A stretch of DNA of 47,187 nt from an uncultured Methanofollis sp. (lineage in GTDB: Archaea; Halobacteriota; Methanomicrobia; Methanomicrobiales; Methanofollaceae), in contig NZ_CALFSA010000016.1 in the NCBI RefSeq assembly GCF_937919355.1, forward strand, positions 1 to 47,187. The letters run 5' to 3'. The position numbers were made by a program, and so were the translations under genes. Positions within the stretch are counted from its first letter, which is position 1, and each line of letters begins with the position of its first letter. Below the pieces are notes generated by a model. It did not search any database and was not told the DNA's origin. It saw only the letters and a list, made by a program, of their open reading frames with translations. Below, one piece after another: positions 27,813 to 39,070 of this stretch.

Positions 27813-30466
27813 CAGACCTCCTCCTTGAGCACGTTCTCGATCACGCCTTTCACGTCCACAGGTTCACCGTAACTGCTCTTTGTCGGGTCGGTGCCGTCCT
27901 CCCCGTACTGGAACTGGAGGATACGGCCTCCGGTCGTCCTGACAGACCTGTCATATTCTACCTTCAGGTCCTGCAGGGCGTTGATCATCCGTCTCTGCAG
28001 GTACCCGCTCTGGGACGTACGGACTGCGGTATCGACGAGACCTTCACGGCCGCCGATGGCGTGGAAGAAGAACTCGGTCGGGTTGAGGCCTTTCTTGTAC
28101 GACGACCTGACGAAACCGTGTGCCGGTGCGCCGCGGTCGCCCCTCTTGAAGTGCGGGAGGGTACGCTGGTCGTACCCACGGACAATACGCTCGCCACGGA
28201 CTGACTGCTGTCCAACACAACCAGCCATCTGGGTCAGGTTCAGGATAGAACCACGGGCACCGGAGACGGCCATCACCACTGCCGAGTTTGAGAGACCGAG
28301 GTGGCGGGATGCGATCTCACCGGTGCTGTCACGGGCCTTGCCGAGCACCTGCATGATCTGCATCTCCAGGGTCTCCTCCTCGGTACGACCTGGCATCGGT
28401 TCGAGCTGACCCTCCTCGTAGATCTGGATACGGCGGCGGACGTCGCGCTCGGCGTTGTCGAGCACCTCGTTGATCTGGCCGTAATCAGTCTTGGACAGGT
28501 CTTCGTCGTCGATGGCGAAGGAGAACCCGTCGAACATGATGGACCTGATCGAGAGGCGGGTCACCTCGTTGATGAACTGCGCCGCTCTCTTCTGCGAGTA
28601 CTGGCGGATGATCCTGTTCACGATCTCACCGTCGAATGCACCGATCGCCTTTTTATCGATGGTGCCGGTGATAAGTTCGCCGTCCCTGACTTTTACGTAG
28701 GTGTCACGGTCACAGAGTTCCTTCTTACAGGTCTCGCAGTGCTGGCAGGACGACGCCTTGAAGATCATGTTGATGCCGTCCGGGAGGATCACGGAAAAGA
28801 CCTGTTTGTTGCTCCAGTAAGGCACACCGTTCTCGACCTTGCCAGGCTCCGGCATGTGCTCGACACCCGTGTGCCTGAGGAGGTAGAGAGCTTCGGACTT
28901 CGTGAACCAGCGCACGCCATGGGTCAGGAGGAAGATGCCTGAGATGTGGTCGTGGATGCCGCCGATGATCGGGCCTCCGAAACGGGGCGAGAGGATGTTC
29001 TCCTGCACATTGACCAGGATCTCGACCTCGGCCATTGCCTCCTCGGTCTGCGGCACGTGCAGGTTCATTTCGTCACCGTCGAAGTCGGCGTTGTACGGCG
29101 GGCAGACGGCCGGGTTCAACCTGAAGGTCTTCCCGTCCATGATCTTGATGTGGTGGCCCATGATCGACATCCGGTGCAGGGACGGCTGTCTGTTGAAGAG
29201 CACGATATCCCCGTCCCGCATCTGCCTTTCCACGGTCCAGCCCACTTCAAGCTGGTCGGCGACGTCGTCCTTGTTCTCGTCGGAGATACGGATGCGCCGT
29301 TCGTCTGCCCTGATCACGTAGTTCGCGCCGGGCGGATCGGTGAGAGCCTTCCTGCTGGTGCCGTTCCGCACGTAGAAGCGGGCGACGTCGATGTTCTGGG
29401 TGGTCACCCGCACCGGGATGGTCATCTCGTTTGCGATCGCCATGGGGATGCCGACCTCGTTCACGCTGAGGAAGGGGTTCGGCGAGATGACGGTACGGGC
29501 CGAGAAGTTCACACGTTTGCCTGAGAGAGAGCCACGGAAACGGCCGTCCTTACCCTTCAGTCTCTGGGAGAGAGTCTTTAACGGGCGACCCGAGCGGTGG
29601 CGTGCCGGCGGGCACCCTGCCACCTCGTTGTCGAGATAGGTGGTGACGTGGTACTGAAGAAGTTCCCAGAGGTCCTCGATGATCAACTGTGGTGCGCCGG
29701 CGTCCTGGTTCTCCTTGAAGCGCTGGTTGATCCTGATAATGTCCACGAGTTTGTGGGTCAGGTCGTCCTCGGAGCGCTGGCCGTTTTCCAGGATGATCGA
29801 CGGGCGCATGGTTACCGGTGGCACAGGGAGCACGGTGAGGATCGTCCACTCGGGCCGTGCTACGTCAGGGTCGATGCCGAGGAGTTTCAGGTCATCGCTC
29901 GGGATACGCTCAAGACGGGCGCGGATGTCGGCCGGCGTCAGCTTGTGTTCCTCCTTCTTCTCCTTCCCCTGTGCGTCGGTGGTGACGACGACCTCGGAGA
30001 AGGTTGTCGGCTTCTCGAAGTTGACCTTCAACTGCTGTTCGCCGCAGTACGGGCAGACCCGTTCCTTCTTGATGTCTTTCTCGGTGACCAGTTCACCGCT
30101 CTCGTCCTCTTCTGTCCCAACGATCTTCGTGATCTCATCGGGGGAGAGGAGGAGCCTGCCACAACTCCGGCAGGTCACGCGGAGGAGTTTCCTGATCAGT
30201 CTCGTGTAGCCGACGTGGATCACCGGCTTTGCGAGTTCGATGTGACCGAAGTGCCCGGGACAGTCGCTTGCCTTCTGTCCACAGGTCTTGCACCGCATCC
30301 CCGGGTCAATGACGCCGAGGTGGAGGTCCATCAACCCCTGCGAGTACGGGTAACCGTCGTCGTCATAGGTGTCGGCCCAGATGATCTTCCGCACGCTCAT
30401 CTGGCGGATCTCCTTGGGCGAGAGGATGCCGAACTCGATTCTTCCAATTCTCTTCGGGCTTGTCAT
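27812..30466 (-). CDS. rpoA1: RNA polymerase subunit A' (Rpo1N)
   Basis: [18 protein letters not shown], catalytic [24 protein letters not shown]. Confidence 0.98.
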   Translation of the reverse strand: MTSPKRIGRIEFGILSPKEIRQMSVRKIIWADTYDDDGYPYSQGLMDLHLGVIDPGMRCKTCGQKASDCPGHFGHIELAKPVIHVGYTRLIRKLLRVTCRSCGRLLLSPDEITKIVGTEEDESGELVTEKDIKKERVCPYCGEQQLKVNFEKPTTFSEVVVTTDAQGKEKKEEHKLTPADIRARLERIPSDDLKLLGIDPDVARPEWTILTVLPVPPVTMRPSIILENGQRSEDDLTHKLVDIIRINQRFKENQDAGAPQLIIEDLWELLQYHVTTYLDNEVAGCPPARHRSGRPLKTLSQRLKGKDGRFRGSLSGKRVNFSARTVISPNPFLSVNEVGIPMAIANEMTIPVRVTTQNIDVARFYVRNGTSRKALTDPPGANYVIRADERRIRISDENKDDVADQLEVGWTVERQMRDGDIVLFNRQPSLHRMSIMGHHIKIMDGKTFRLNPAVCPPYNADFDGDEMNLHVPQTEEAMAEVEILVNVQENILSPRFGGPIIGGIHDHISGIFLLTHGVRWFTKSEALYLLRHTGVEHMPEPGKVENGVPYWSNKQVFSVILPDGINMIFKASSCQHCETCKKELCDRDTYVKVRDGELITGTIDKKAIGAFDGEIVNRIIRQYSQKRAAQFINEVTRLSIRSIMFDGFSFAIDDEDLSKTDYGQINEVLDNAERDVRRRIQIYEEGQLEPMPGRTEEETLEMQIMQVLGKARDSTGEIASRHLGLSNSAVVMAVSGARGSILNLTQMAGCVGQQSVRGERIVRGYDQRTLPHFKRGDRGAPAHGFVRSSYKKGLNPTEFFFHAIGGREGLVDTAVRTSQSGYLQRRMINALQDLKVEYDRSVRTTGGRILQFQYGEDGTDPTKSSYGEPVDVKGVIENVLKEEV

Positions 30467-30478
30467 ATCTGTCCCCCC

Positions 30479-32293
30479 TTATACCATATCTTCAAGCCGC
30501 AGCCGCGGCGCGATGCCCATGCTCTTCATCTCGTCGAGGAGGAGTTTGAACGCGTAACTCATCTCCACGGAGTAGATGTCGGTCTCGCTACCACAGTTCA
30601 GGCACCGGGTGACATTTCTCTTCTTGTCGAGCATTGCCACCATGCCACAGCGGGCGCAGACGTACTGGTTCACCTTGTCGGACTCGTCGAGCAGGCGCTC
30701 TTTGAGTGCCATCGCGGCGCCGTGACCGGTCATCACATCACGCTCCATCTCACCGAAACGGAGACCGCCTTCACGGGCACGTCCTTCGGTCGGCTGGCGG
30801 GTGAGCACCTGGATCGGGCCGCGGGACCGTGCGTGCATCTTCGACGAGACCATGTGGTACAGTTTCTGGTAGTAGATCACGCCGACATAGATGTCCGCGT
30901 GGAACTGTTTGCCGGTGTAACCGTCGTACATCACTTCACGGCCGGTGTGCGAGAAGCCGTACTGTTTCAGGGCATGGCGGAGGTCTTCTTCCTTCGCACC
31001 CTTGAAGGCAGTGGAGTCGATCCGCCGCCCTTCGAGGGCGCCCACCTTGCCACCGAGCATTTCGAGCATATGCCCGACAGTCATACGGGACGGGATGGCG
31101 TGGGGGTTGATGATGAGGTCGGGGGCGATGCCCATCTCATTGAAGGGCATGTCCTCCTGAGGGACGATCCAGCCGATGACACCCTTCTGCCCGTGCCTGG
31201 ATGCGAACTTGTCGCCGACTTCGGGCACACGGAGGTCGCGGGTCCGGACTTTCACGAGGCGCGAGGAGTTCTCGCCCTCGGTGATGATCACGGTGTCCAC
31301 GATGCCGTGCTCGTTGCTCCGCATCGTCACCGAGGTGTCACGCCTCTTCTCGACTGAGATCAGTTCTCCGCTCGGTTCTTCGAGGAAACGGGGCGGTGAG
31401 GTCTTCCCGATAAGGACATCCTTCTCCTTGACGACCGTCTCGGGGTTGATGATCCCGTCGTCGTCGAGGTTCTGGTAATACTCGGCACCATGTGCGCCCG
31501 AGACTTCTTCGTCCGGGATCTCGATCCTGTCCACCTGACCGCCCGGGTAGCGCCTTTCTTCGCCTTCGTAGGTCCTGAAGAAGTGGGAGCGCCCGAGGCC
31601 GCGGTCGATCGAGGCCTTGTTGAAGATGAGGGCATCTTCAATGTTGTAGCCCTCGTAGGAGAGAATGCCGACGACGAAGTTCTGGCCGGCAGGACGGTCG
31701 TCGGAACCGATCAGGTCCGAGGCCTGGGTGTAGACCATCGGCTTCTGGCAGTAGTGGAGCTGGTTGCCCCTTGTGTCAGGCCGCAATTTCATGTTGGCCG
31801 TGGCAAATCCAAGGGCCTGCTTGACCATGCCCGCACCCATGGTGACACGGGGCGATGCGTTGTGCTCCGGGAAAGGTACATGTGCCGCACCGATGCCCAG
31901 GATCAGGGATGGGTCGATCTCAAGGTGGGTATGTTCGGGGGTCAGGTCGGCTTCGTTAATTGCAATGTAGAGGTTTTCCTCCTCTTCTGCGTCGATAAAC
32001 TCGATGAAGCCCCTCCTGACGAGGTCGTCGAAGGCAATCTCACCAGCGGCGAGCTGGGCGATGTCGGCACTGGTGATCAGGGGTTTGCCGTCCTTGACGA
32101 CGATCAGAGGTCTTCTTGCCCGGCCGCGGTCGGTGTTGATGACGACGTCGCCGTTGAACTCCTCGAAAGCGATGTTCACCTCTGAGGAAATTGCACCGTG
32201 ACGCCGCATGGCCCGCGCCTTTTCCACGATCTCTTTCGGGTTTTCGACGAGTCCGATAAGGGACCCGTCAAGGAATACGCGTGACTTTTTCAT
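30479..32293 (-). CDS. rpoB1: RNA polymerase subunit B' (Rpo2C)
   Basis: [40 protein letters not shown]. Confidence 0.97.
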   Translation of the reverse strand: MKKSRVFLDGSLIGLVENPKEIVEKARAMRRHGAISSEVNIAFEEFNGDVVINTDRGRARRPLIVVKDGKPLITSADIAQLAAGEIAFDDLVRRGFIEFIDAEEEENLYIAINEADLTPEHTHLEIDPSLILGIGAAHVPFPEHNASPRVTMGAGMVKQALGFATANMKLRPDTRGNQLHYCQKPMVYTQASDLIGSDDRPAGQNFVVGILSYEGYNIEDALIFNKASIDRGLGRSHFFRTYEGEERRYPGGQVDRIEIPDEEVSGAHGAEYYQNLDDDGIINPETVVKEKDVLIGKTSPPRFLEEPSGELISVEKRRDTSVTMRSNEHGIVDTVIITEGENSSRLVKVRTRDLRVPEVGDKFASRHGQKGVIGWIVPQEDMPFNEMGIAPDLIINPHAIPSRMTVGHMLEMLGGKVGALEGRRIDSTAFKGAKEEDLRHALKQYGFSHTGREVMYDGYTGKQFHADIYVGVIYYQKLYHMVSSKMHARSRGPIQVLTRQPTEGRAREGGLRFGEMERDVMTGHGAAMALKERLLDESDKVNQYVCARCGMVAMLDKKRNVTRCLNCGSETDIYSVEMSYAFKLLLDEMKSMGIAPRLRLEDMV

Positions 32294-33855
32294 CGGCGTT
32301 CCCTCCCGATGATCAGCGGCTCCACGCCGAGGTTGTAGAAGATATTCTTGATGTCTTCAGTGCTGTCATAGCCTTTTGAAATTTCTACCATTTGTGCGAA
32401 GTTCTTCACAAGACCACAGTTCGGGCCTTCCGGGGTTTCCGACGGGCAGATCCGGCCCCACTGAGTGGGGTGCAGGTCACGGGCCTCGAAGTGGGGCTGG
32501 GACCGGGAAAGGGGCGAGATGACACGCCGCAGGTGCGAGAGGACGCTCATACGGTCTGTCCGGTCAAGGAGTTGCGAGACACCTGTCCGTCCGCCGACCC
32601 AGTTACCAGTAGCAAGGGGGTGGAGGAGGCGCTCGGTCAGGACGTCGGCCCGCACGGCCGTGCTGATCGAGAGGTCACGGTGGCGCATGCTGGCGCGTTC
32701 GAGCTGGTACTTGATATCGCGGGTCAACCTGTTGAGGGAGATACGGAAGAGGTCTTCCATCAGGTCGCCTGCAAGTTTCAGCCTCTTGTTCGAGTAATGG
32801 TCCTTGTCGTCGATCTTCCGGCGGCCGAGCACGAGGTCGAAGCAGGCCTCTGCCATGCGGCCGAGGAAGTGTGCCTTCGCAAGGCGCACGCCGGTGACTG
32901 TCTCTTCATAGCCCTCATCGCCTTCCTTGAGGTTCTCGGGCATGAGGTAGTTGAGGTGGGGCAGGAGGTAGTTGTCGATGACGAACTCGGCCCGTCTCCT
33001 CTGGTATTCTTTCGTCTGGTTCGGCGCGAGTTTCTTACCGACGTACATGATGCCGCTCTCGACCGAGTCGCACTCGCTCTCTTCGAGGTTCTGCATCATG
33101 TAAGTGAGGATCTCCTCGTCGGTGGAAACGGCCTCGACGATCTCACGGTCACTCCCGAGACCGAGGGCACGCATCAGATCGGCGAATTTGAGGTGACCGG
33201 CGACTGATGGGAAGGAGACTTCGAGCAGGTTCTTCTTGTTCTTCTCGACGACGACAAGGGCACGGTAACCCCTGTACTGTGAGAAGACCTTTGCCACGTA
33301 GATCCGCTCGTTGTACCTCTCTGTGTACTCGGTCATGATCTTGTTCGAGGCAAGGTCCTCGAGAGTCATGAGCACCCGCTCGGAACCGTTCACAACGAAG
33401 TAGCCGCCCGGGTCGAAGGGGTCCTCGCCGTGGGCGACCCGCTCGCTGTCGGAAAGCTCTGCAAGGTTACAGGCGACCGACCCGATCATGACGGGCAACT
33501 GCCCGATCTCGGTGGTAACCGGGTCACCCCTGATGTCACCCTGCACGAGGGTCATGTCGAGTTCTATAGGTGCGGCATAGGTGAGGTTGCGCAGGCGCGC
33601 CTCTGCAGGGTAGAGGATGCTCTTCGAACCGTCGGCCTCGCGGACGATCGGTTTCAGGATCCGGATCGTGCCGAGTTCGACCCAGACCGCCTCGCTGTTC
33701 TTGCCCCTGTTTTCAATGTCGGTCTCGATGATCCGCTGTTCGTCCACCACTTTCTGGAGGTTGTGTTCAAGGAAATTGTTGAACGAGTCCAGCTGGTGAC
33801 GGGCGACGTGCTCTCCCGAGAAATATGCCCTCGATATAACGCTTCTATCTAACAG
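32290..33855 (-). CDS. rpoB2: RNA polymerase subunit B'' (Rpo2N); probable CTG start at 33855
   Basis: [47 protein letters not shown]; conserved HQLDSFNNF lies upstream of the first GTG (33750). Confidence 0.93.
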   Translation of the reverse strand: MLDRSVISRAYFSGEHVARHQLDSFNNFLEHNLQKVVDEQRIIETDIENRGKNSEAVWVELGTIRILKPIVREADGSKSILYPAEARLRNLTYAAPIELDMTLVQGDIRGDPVTTEIGQLPVMIGSVACNLAELSDSERVAHGEDPFDPGGYFVVNGSERVLMTLEDLASNKIMTEYTERYNERIYVAKVFSQYRGYRALVVVEKNKKNLLEVSFPSVAGHLKFADLMRALGLGSDREIVEAVSTDEEILTYMMQNLEESECDSVESGIMYVGKKLAPNQTKEYQRRRAEFVIDNYLLPHLNYLMPENLKEGDEGYEETVTGVRLAKAHFLGRMAEACFDLVLGRRKIDDKDHYSNKRLKLAGDLMEDLFRISLNRLTRDIKYQLERASMRHRDLSISTAVRADVLTERLLHPLATGNWVGGRTGVSQLLDRTDRMSVLSHLRRVISPLSRSQPHFEARDLHPTQWGRICPSETPEGPNCGLVKNFAQMVEISKGYDSTEDIKNIFYNLGVEPLIIGRERR

Positions 33856-33870
33856 ATCTATCGCCCCCGA

Positions 33871-34122
33871 TCACTTCTTTGGCCTCTTTACCACGTTACG
33901 ATACGAGTCGGCGAGGCCAGCCGTCTGGCTTTTTCTCACAATCTTGATGACATCCCCGATTTTTGCCCCTATGGCCTTGGCGGCCGGGTCATCGCTGTAG
34001 ATACGCGGAAGTTGTTCGAGTGTGATCTGATAGTGGGAAAGGAGTTCTGCAATCTCACTATCGGTCATCTTCTGATGATCCGGCACCATTTCATGATCTA
34101 GAACATTAAACTTGGTGCTCAT
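33871..34122 (-). CDS. rpoH: RNA polymerase subunit H (Rpo5)
   Basis: [28 protein letters not shown]. Confidence 0.95.
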   Translation of the reverse strand: MSTKFNVLDHEMVPDHQKMTDSEIAELLSHYQITLEQLPRIYSDDPAAKAIGAKIGDVIKIVRKSQTAGLADSYRNVVKRPKK

Positions 34123-34197
34123 CTTCAATCCCCCAGACAAGAAAGAGTTAAATTCAGATGTATCACCACATAAAAACCACAGACTGCGCCATGGCAG

Positions 34198-34271
34198 CGG
34201 GCCTAGAGGGATTTGAACCCCCGACCACCTGGTTAAAAGCCAGGCGCTCTACCTAACTGAGCTATGGGCCC
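34198..34271 (-). tRNA. tRNA-Lys(UUU), CCA not encoded
   Basis: GGGCCCATAGCTCAGTTAGGTAGAGCG-CCTGG-CT-TTT-AA-CCAGG-TGGTC-GGGGG-TTCAAAT-CCCTC-TAGGCCC-G. Confidence 0.95.
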
Positions 34272-34305
34272 CGTACGCAGACGGCATTATTACAATGATG
34301 CCTGA

Positions 34306-34320
34306 GTTAATATAATTTTC
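34306..34320 (-). promoter_or_regulatory. BRE/TATA promoter for tRNA-Lys (possibly reading into rpoH)
   Basis: Minus strand GAAAATTATATTAAC about 35-45 nt upstream of the tRNA 5' end. Confidence 0.55.
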
Positions 34321-34417
34321 GGCCCCGTCGGGACCGTCCGGTCACAGGAGAATGTCTGGGGTGCTTTTTCTATGCGTCATGATAAGATTTAACTGCTACG
34401 ATTCAGACGAATCTGTG

Positions 34418-34855
34418 ATGGTCGTTACTCCTGATGAGAATCCACAGATGCAGTGGGCGATCAACGCTATTACGCGGGTCAACCATGTGATCTACCTCTT
34501 TATCGCTATTGTACTCGCCCTCCTTGCCCTGGTCTCATTTTATGATGTGGCCCTCCAGTTTGTGGATATCCTGAAGGCAGATGTACCGATGACCGACAGC
34601 ATCCTCACGGTGCTCCACGCCCTCCTTGTCACCATCATCATCATCGAGATCCTGGAGACGGTGACCGCGTATTTCCGGACCAACCGTCTGCAGGTGCGGC
34701 CGATCCTTATTGCGGGCCTCACTGCGATGGTGCGGAAGGTGCTTGTCTATGGTCTTGAACCGACCGATATCATCGATGTTGCAGGGACGGTGGCGGTCAT
34801 TGCGGTGCTCACGATTGCGGTGGTCCTGATTGGAAAAGAGGAAGAGTGCCCTTAA
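34418..34855 (+). CDS. PsiE (phosphate-starvation-inducible) family membrane protein
   Basis: 4 TM; IIIEILETV, VRPILIAGLTAMVRKVL. Confidence 0.8.
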   Translation: MVVTPDENPQMQWAINAITRVNHVIYLFIAIVLALLALVSFYDVALQFVDILKADVPMTDSILTVLHALLVTIIIIEILETVTAYFRTNRLQVRPILIAGLTAMVRKVLVYGLEPTDIIDVAGTVAVIAVLTIAVVLIGKEEECP

Positions 34856-34879
34856 AGGATCGGGCATCTGAGGAACAAA

Positions 34880-35509
34880 TTATTTTTTCTGTTGATGGGC
34901 GTCGATCTCGGCCTTGATCTGAGCAAGGCGTTCCTGCTGGAACTTGATGCTGTTTTCCATGTTCTTGATCGCAAGGGAGACTTTCTCGCTTGCTGTGCTG
35001 TCGTTAATGCTGTAGGTCGTTTCAAGTATGCGAAGGAGGCGGTTGTTCACGTCGACGCCTTTTGCAAGTCGCGCGTATTCGTCGATAAGGCGCCGGTCGA
35101 GTCCGACTTCCTTTGCCCTCTCGACGTCGTCCCTGATCATCTCACGGCGCTTGAGCACGCGCTCAATAGCATCGTAGAGTTCCCGGTGGGTGATGGGCTT
35201 TAGGATGTAGTCCTCGATATAGGATCCGTAGCCTTCTGCCTCGTCGGGAGTGAGCTGTTTTGCGGTCAGCATCAAGACCGGTATGTCACGCGTCTTCGGG
35301 TTGATCTTGATATTCTCCAGTGTCTCCCAGCCGTCCATCGGCTCCATCATGATGTCAAGAAGGATGAGGTCCGGGGTGACGGTGGTGAGGATCTCGAGGG
35401 CCTCCTCACCGCCATATGCGGCGATCGACTGGTAACCGCCCCGTTCCAGCATGGTGACGAAGACATCCACGACGAACGGACTGTCGTCTACCACCAGGAC
35501 CGTGTACAT
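34880..35509 (-). CDS. Response regulator receiver with C-terminal coiled coil
   Basis: VVDD, LLDIMM, MDGWE, MLTAK, LKPIT; helical C-terminal half. Confidence 0.9.
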   Translation of the reverse strand: MYTVLVVDDSPFVVDVFVTMLERGGYQSIAAYGGEEALEILTTVTPDLILLDIMMEPMDGWETLENIKINPKTRDIPVLMLTAKQLTPDEAEGYGSYIEDYILKPITHRELYDAIERVLKRREMIRDDVERAKEVGLDRRLIDEYARLAKGVDVNNRLLRILETTYSINDSTASEKVSLAIKNMENSIKFQQERLAQIKAEIDAHQQKK

Positions 35510-35892
35510 TACAGTACCTCCGCTATCTCAGCTGCGATCTTGGTGAATAACTTGTAAACTGCCTCTGTGTCTGCCGTGGGGTCGAGTATGGCCGCAAGAA
35601 GCGTCCTGTCTCCGGCGCTCATGACAAGAACCGAGGCGTCGTCCGATGTGACCAGCACCTTCTGCGGGGGCTGGATATGTGATATGCTCGCTGCGGCCTC
35701 GGCCGACGCCAGCATGGTTGCGCTCATGGCAGCGAAGGAAGGTACAGATACCTCTCCCGATGCGAACGATTTGCCCATCAGGATCCCGTCACGGGAAGCG
35801 AGCACGCAGGCCGAAACGCCCCTGACCTCCATGATCTCCCTGATGAACGAATTTATTCTCTCCTTTAATCCCTGATGTTCAGTCATGCCCAC
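35509..35892 (-). CDS. Roadblock/LC7 (MglB-like) protein
   Basis: GVSACVLASRDG, FAAMSATMLASAEAA, 127 aa; 1-bp overlap with the response regulator. Confidence 0.88.
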   Translation of the reverse strand: MGMTEHQGLKERINSFIREIMEVRGVSACVLASRDGILMGKSFASGEVSVPSFAAMSATMLASAEAAASISHIQPPQKVLVTSDDASVLVMSAGDRTLLAAILDPTADTEAVYKLFTKIAAEIAEVL

Positions 35893-36239
35893 CGTGTACC
35901 TTACTTTATCTTATATATCATATTTTGGTTTCTCTTGCGCCTGATAATGAGTAATCTCATTGATATAGACTTTTTATGAGGTTCTGGTCGAAAGGCCCCG
36001 AACATTTTGATTTTTTTTCCTGTCTATATGCCCTTGCGGGATATTCTGCCCATCTCGCAGGGGCGATGTTTAAATTTGCCCTTATTGCGTGGTTTTCATA
36101 ATCTGGTGTATTTCCTACCGCATGTGATATCGCTATATCTTTATGCCAACTTCAATACCTTCCTGCAATTATTTATCAAGCTGCCGATTTTGTGTAATTA
36201 ACATAGAGTTATAATATTCACAAACACTAAACCATATTA

Positions 36240-37256
36240 ATGGATATTCCGAGAGGTACCTTCTCTACAATCAGACGAGATACCGCTATATCTGCTGTTC
36301 TTACAGAGATCCGGGATACATCATTCAGCGGGTATGCGATGGTGAGTCACGGAGGCGGCATGATCTCTCTTGTGTTCTCCGAAGGTACCTGCATACTCGC
36401 AGAGTACCAGAGCCTTCTGGGCGCCGCTGCATGGCAGGCGGTTCAGTCGATGGGAGAGGAGAAAGCAGAGATTGGGCTCTATCTCCTCACCCGTCAGCAA
36501 CTTCGACTTGCAGATGAATTCAACACAAATGCCCGGGTTTCAGCCCGGGCCCCTCCAAAGGGTGAGGAGGTGCAGGCCGTACGGAACATCGGAAAGGTAC
36601 AACCGCCGAAGGCGTCTCCCGGGAAAGAACGCCTTGTCGTTCCCCGGGGAGAACTTTTCGAGATGAAAAAGGATGTGGCGACCGCAGAGGTCCTTGAGTC
36701 CCTGAAGAAGCGCGCATTCACGGGTTATGGCCTCTTTACAGTTGCCTCGGTCAGTTTCACCCTCGTTTTTTCGGGCGGGAGCTGTATCCTTGCCGGGTAT
36801 GGCGGGGAACGCGGCTCAGCCGCTCTGGAGAAGGCGAAGGCCCTGAGCGTTCCGGGGGATGTCGGTCTCTACACCCTCACACCCCAGCAGATCGCCCTCT
36901 CCATTGAGTTCAACGGGGAGTACCGCGTTGAAAGCGCACCCCGGCCAGAGACCCGCCTACCCCGGGTTCAGAAAGGTGCGGAGGCACCTGCCATGAAGAA
37001 CCGGTTCCCGCCGCCCCGCAAAGGTGGTACGGCAGGGACCGCTGGCCCCTCTCCGGCCGCGGTGCGGGAGGACCAGAAGGGTGCTGCCGATGCTTCCCCC
37101 TCCGTAGGGAATGATGCCCTCATGAGAGACCTCAGCGCACTTGATGCGATCGACACTGCGGAGATGGCTGCAAACTTGAAGACCAGTTATGTCTCGATAC
37201 TGGACCGTCTCCAGCTCGGGCATCTGGTCAATGAAAAAAAGGAAAAGGAAGCGTGA
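36240..37256 (+). CDS. Hypothetical protein with tandem duplicated DUF2226-like domain
   Basis: Two ~95-aa copies of PRG..F(S/T)GY..LVFSxGxCILAxY..GLYxLTxQQxxLxxEFN; low-complexity linker and acidic helical tail. Confidence 0.7.
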   Translation: MDIPRGTFSTIRRDTAISAVLTEIRDTSFSGYAMVSHGGGMISLVFSEGTCILAEYQSLLGAAAWQAVQSMGEEKAEIGLYLLTRQQLRLADEFNTNARVSARAPPKGEEVQAVRNIGKVQPPKASPGKERLVVPRGELFEMKKDVATAEVLESLKKRAFTGYGLFTVASVSFTLVFSGGSCILAGYGGERGSAALEKAKALSVPGDVGLYTLTPQQIALSIEFNGEYRVESAPRPETRLPRVQKGAEAPAMKNRFPPPRKGGTAGTAGPSPAAVREDQKGAADASPSVGNDALMRDLSALDAIDTAEMAANLKTSYVSILDRLQLGHLVNEKKEKEA

Positions 37257-37263
37257 TTGTCAC

Positions 37264-37857
37264 ATGGATGACGGAACGATATTCATTGCACTGGGACAAA
37301 TCATTGTCGTCCTCCTTGCACTGATTGGTGTGGGTGTTGCCGGGTGTGTCCTCTACCTGGTGAGAGTCCAGGAGCAACTGGTGGCGATACGAAAGGATTC
37401 GCAGGAAAGGCAGCAGTATACCCAGCTGCGGAACATCGTTGGCGGGACGGCGCAGACCTCGGTGGACATGTTCCAGCTCTTCAAGCATATCCAGCGGTCC
37501 CGTGAGGTTGAATGGGAGAAACCTCCCCTGAACCTTGACCTCTTTGAGGGGCGCGCCGATATTGCGGGGAGCATGCAGGCAATGTGCGAGAAGTACTATC
37601 TGGATGCGTTCACGGTTGCCACCGATGACGGTCTCGTGGTCGCCTCCTCGGAGGACGATGCGTCTGCTGATGCGGCAAAGTATAGTTACCTCTTCACCGA
37701 GGGGAAACTTCCCGACGATCCGAAGGTGATGCTCTTTGGTATCCAGCACAAGGGCTCGAACCTTGTCGGCATCCTCAGGACCGAGCACAACATCCCCGAT
37801 GCATGGGTCAAAGACATGGAGAGCGATGCGGTGTCCATTCTGAGAAAGTGGCTCTGA
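37264..37857 (+). CDS. Membrane-anchored protein with Roadblock-like C-terminal domain
   Basis: N-terminal TM; LDAFTVATDDGLVVASS resembles the Roadblock beta-hairpin. Confidence 0.6.
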   Translation: MDDGTIFIALGQIIVVLLALIGVGVAGCVLYLVRVQEQLVAIRKDSQERQQYTQLRNIVGGTAQTSVDMFQLFKHIQRSREVEWEKPPLNLDLFEGRADIAGSMQAMCEKYYLDAFTVATDDGLVVASSEDDASADAAKYSYLFTEGKLPDDPKVMLFGIQHKGSNLVGILRTEHNIPDAWVKDMESDAVSILRKWL

Positions 37858-37914
37858 GGATTGTGTGGAGGTCGGACAGAGAGTGTCGAACCGAAACGTG
37901 ATACGAGGAATGAG

Positions 37915-38700
37915 ATGATACGAGCATACACGATAGCATCGGGTAAGGGCGGGACGGGAAAAACGACTTTCACGGTTAATCTCGGTACTGCACTTGCCCA
38001 GCTTGGCAAAGAGACCTATATTCTTGATGCCGACGTAGGGATGGCGAATATCGGTATCCTGCTTGGACTGGAGAATGTGCCGGTGACCCTCCATGAGGTA
38101 CTTGCTGGAAAAGCGAGTATTGACGAGGCGATCTATGACGGTCCCGCCGGTCTGAAGGTGGTGCCGAGCGGCATCTCTCTCCAGGGATTCCAGGATTCAA
38201 ATCCAGACCGCCTGCGGGAAGTGATGCATGACCTTGTTGACCGGTGTGATTTCCTGCTGATCGACGCGCCGGCTGGCATCAGCAGGGACGGCGTGGTCCC
38301 GCTTGCAGTTGCCGACGAAGTGATCCTGGTTGTCAACCCCGAACTCTCCTCCATCGTCGATGCGCTGAAGACCAAGATCCTCACCGAACTGGTCGGCGGT
38401 CATGTACAGCATGCGATCATCAACAGGGCCGGCAGGGACAACCTTGATTTCGTCGAGCACAAGATCGAAAAGTCTCTGGGTGTCACCTCACTGGGCGTTA
38501 TCCCCGAGGACACTTTTGTCAGAGAATCGGCGGCGTACAAGATGCCAGTGGTGATCAAGCACCCGACGTCGGGTGCGGCGCGTGCGATCAAGAAGATCGC
38601 TGCGGAACTCGCCGGCTGTGAGTATCACGAAGATGTTGCTGTAACGCGTGAAGGATTCATCGATCGTCTAGCAAGAACACTATTCCGGGGGAATCGGTAA
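37915..38700 (+). CDS. minD: Archaeal MinD-family ATPase
   Basis: ASGKGGTGKTT deviant Walker A, DAD, LIDAPAG, VVNPE, IINR, IPED; amphipathic tail GFIDRLARTLF. Confidence 0.92.
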   Translation: MIRAYTIASGKGGTGKTTFTVNLGTALAQLGKETYILDADVGMANIGILLGLENVPVTLHEVLAGKASIDEAIYDGPAGLKVVPSGISLQGFQDSNPDRLREVMHDLVDRCDFLLIDAPAGISRDGVVPLAVADEVILVVNPELSSIVDALKTKILTELVGGHVQHAIINRAGRDNLDFVEHKIEKSLGVTSLGVIPEDTFVRESAAYKMPVVIKHPTSGAARAIKKIAAELAGCEYHEDVAVTREGFIDRLARTLFRGNR

Positions 38701-38701
38701 A

Positions 38702-38908
38702 ATGGAACCATTCGACATGGGAGGCATCCTCCTCATTATTCTGGGCTGCGTGATTGTCATCCAGCTCTTCATCATGTATGTCATGTACGTCAGAATCCAG
38801 CAACTGCTGAAAGAAGTCGACGCCCTGGGCAGCAGGATGAAGATCACGGACAACGAACTTGAAGCGCTCACCAAGAACGTGGAGAAGTTCAAGCAGTTGC
38901 GTATCTGA
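38702..38908 (+). CDS. Small single-TM coiled-coil protein downstream of minD
   Basis: 68 aa, hydrophobic N-terminal helix then heptad pattern; 1-bp gap from minD. Confidence 0.72.
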   Translation: MEPFDMGGILLIILGCVIVIQLFIMYVMYVRIQQLLKEVDALGSRMKITDNELEALTKNVEKFKQLRI

Positions 38909-39019
38909 CCCCAATTTACTTTTTTCGGATCTGTTGAAATATCTTGTATGAGAATGCTTCAGGGGGAGGTCATTGTCGCACGTCTGTCTTGACCTCACAT
39001 TCTGAAGAGACTGCCATCC

Positions 39020-39070
39020 ACCCCTTATCCTGGTGATGGGATGCGAATGAAGGGAGCATGAGAAAATCTT
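39020..39070. repeat. Degenerate copy of the intergenic repeat family
   Basis: CCTTATCCTG...GAAGGGAGCATGAGAA matches 24063-24128 and 47062-47101. Confidence 0.5.

Noticed and set aside
26643-33855. Split RpoA and RpoB, and possible inteins in RNAP genes
   Set aside because: The splits are standard for methanogens; lengths are normal and no splice motifs were seen
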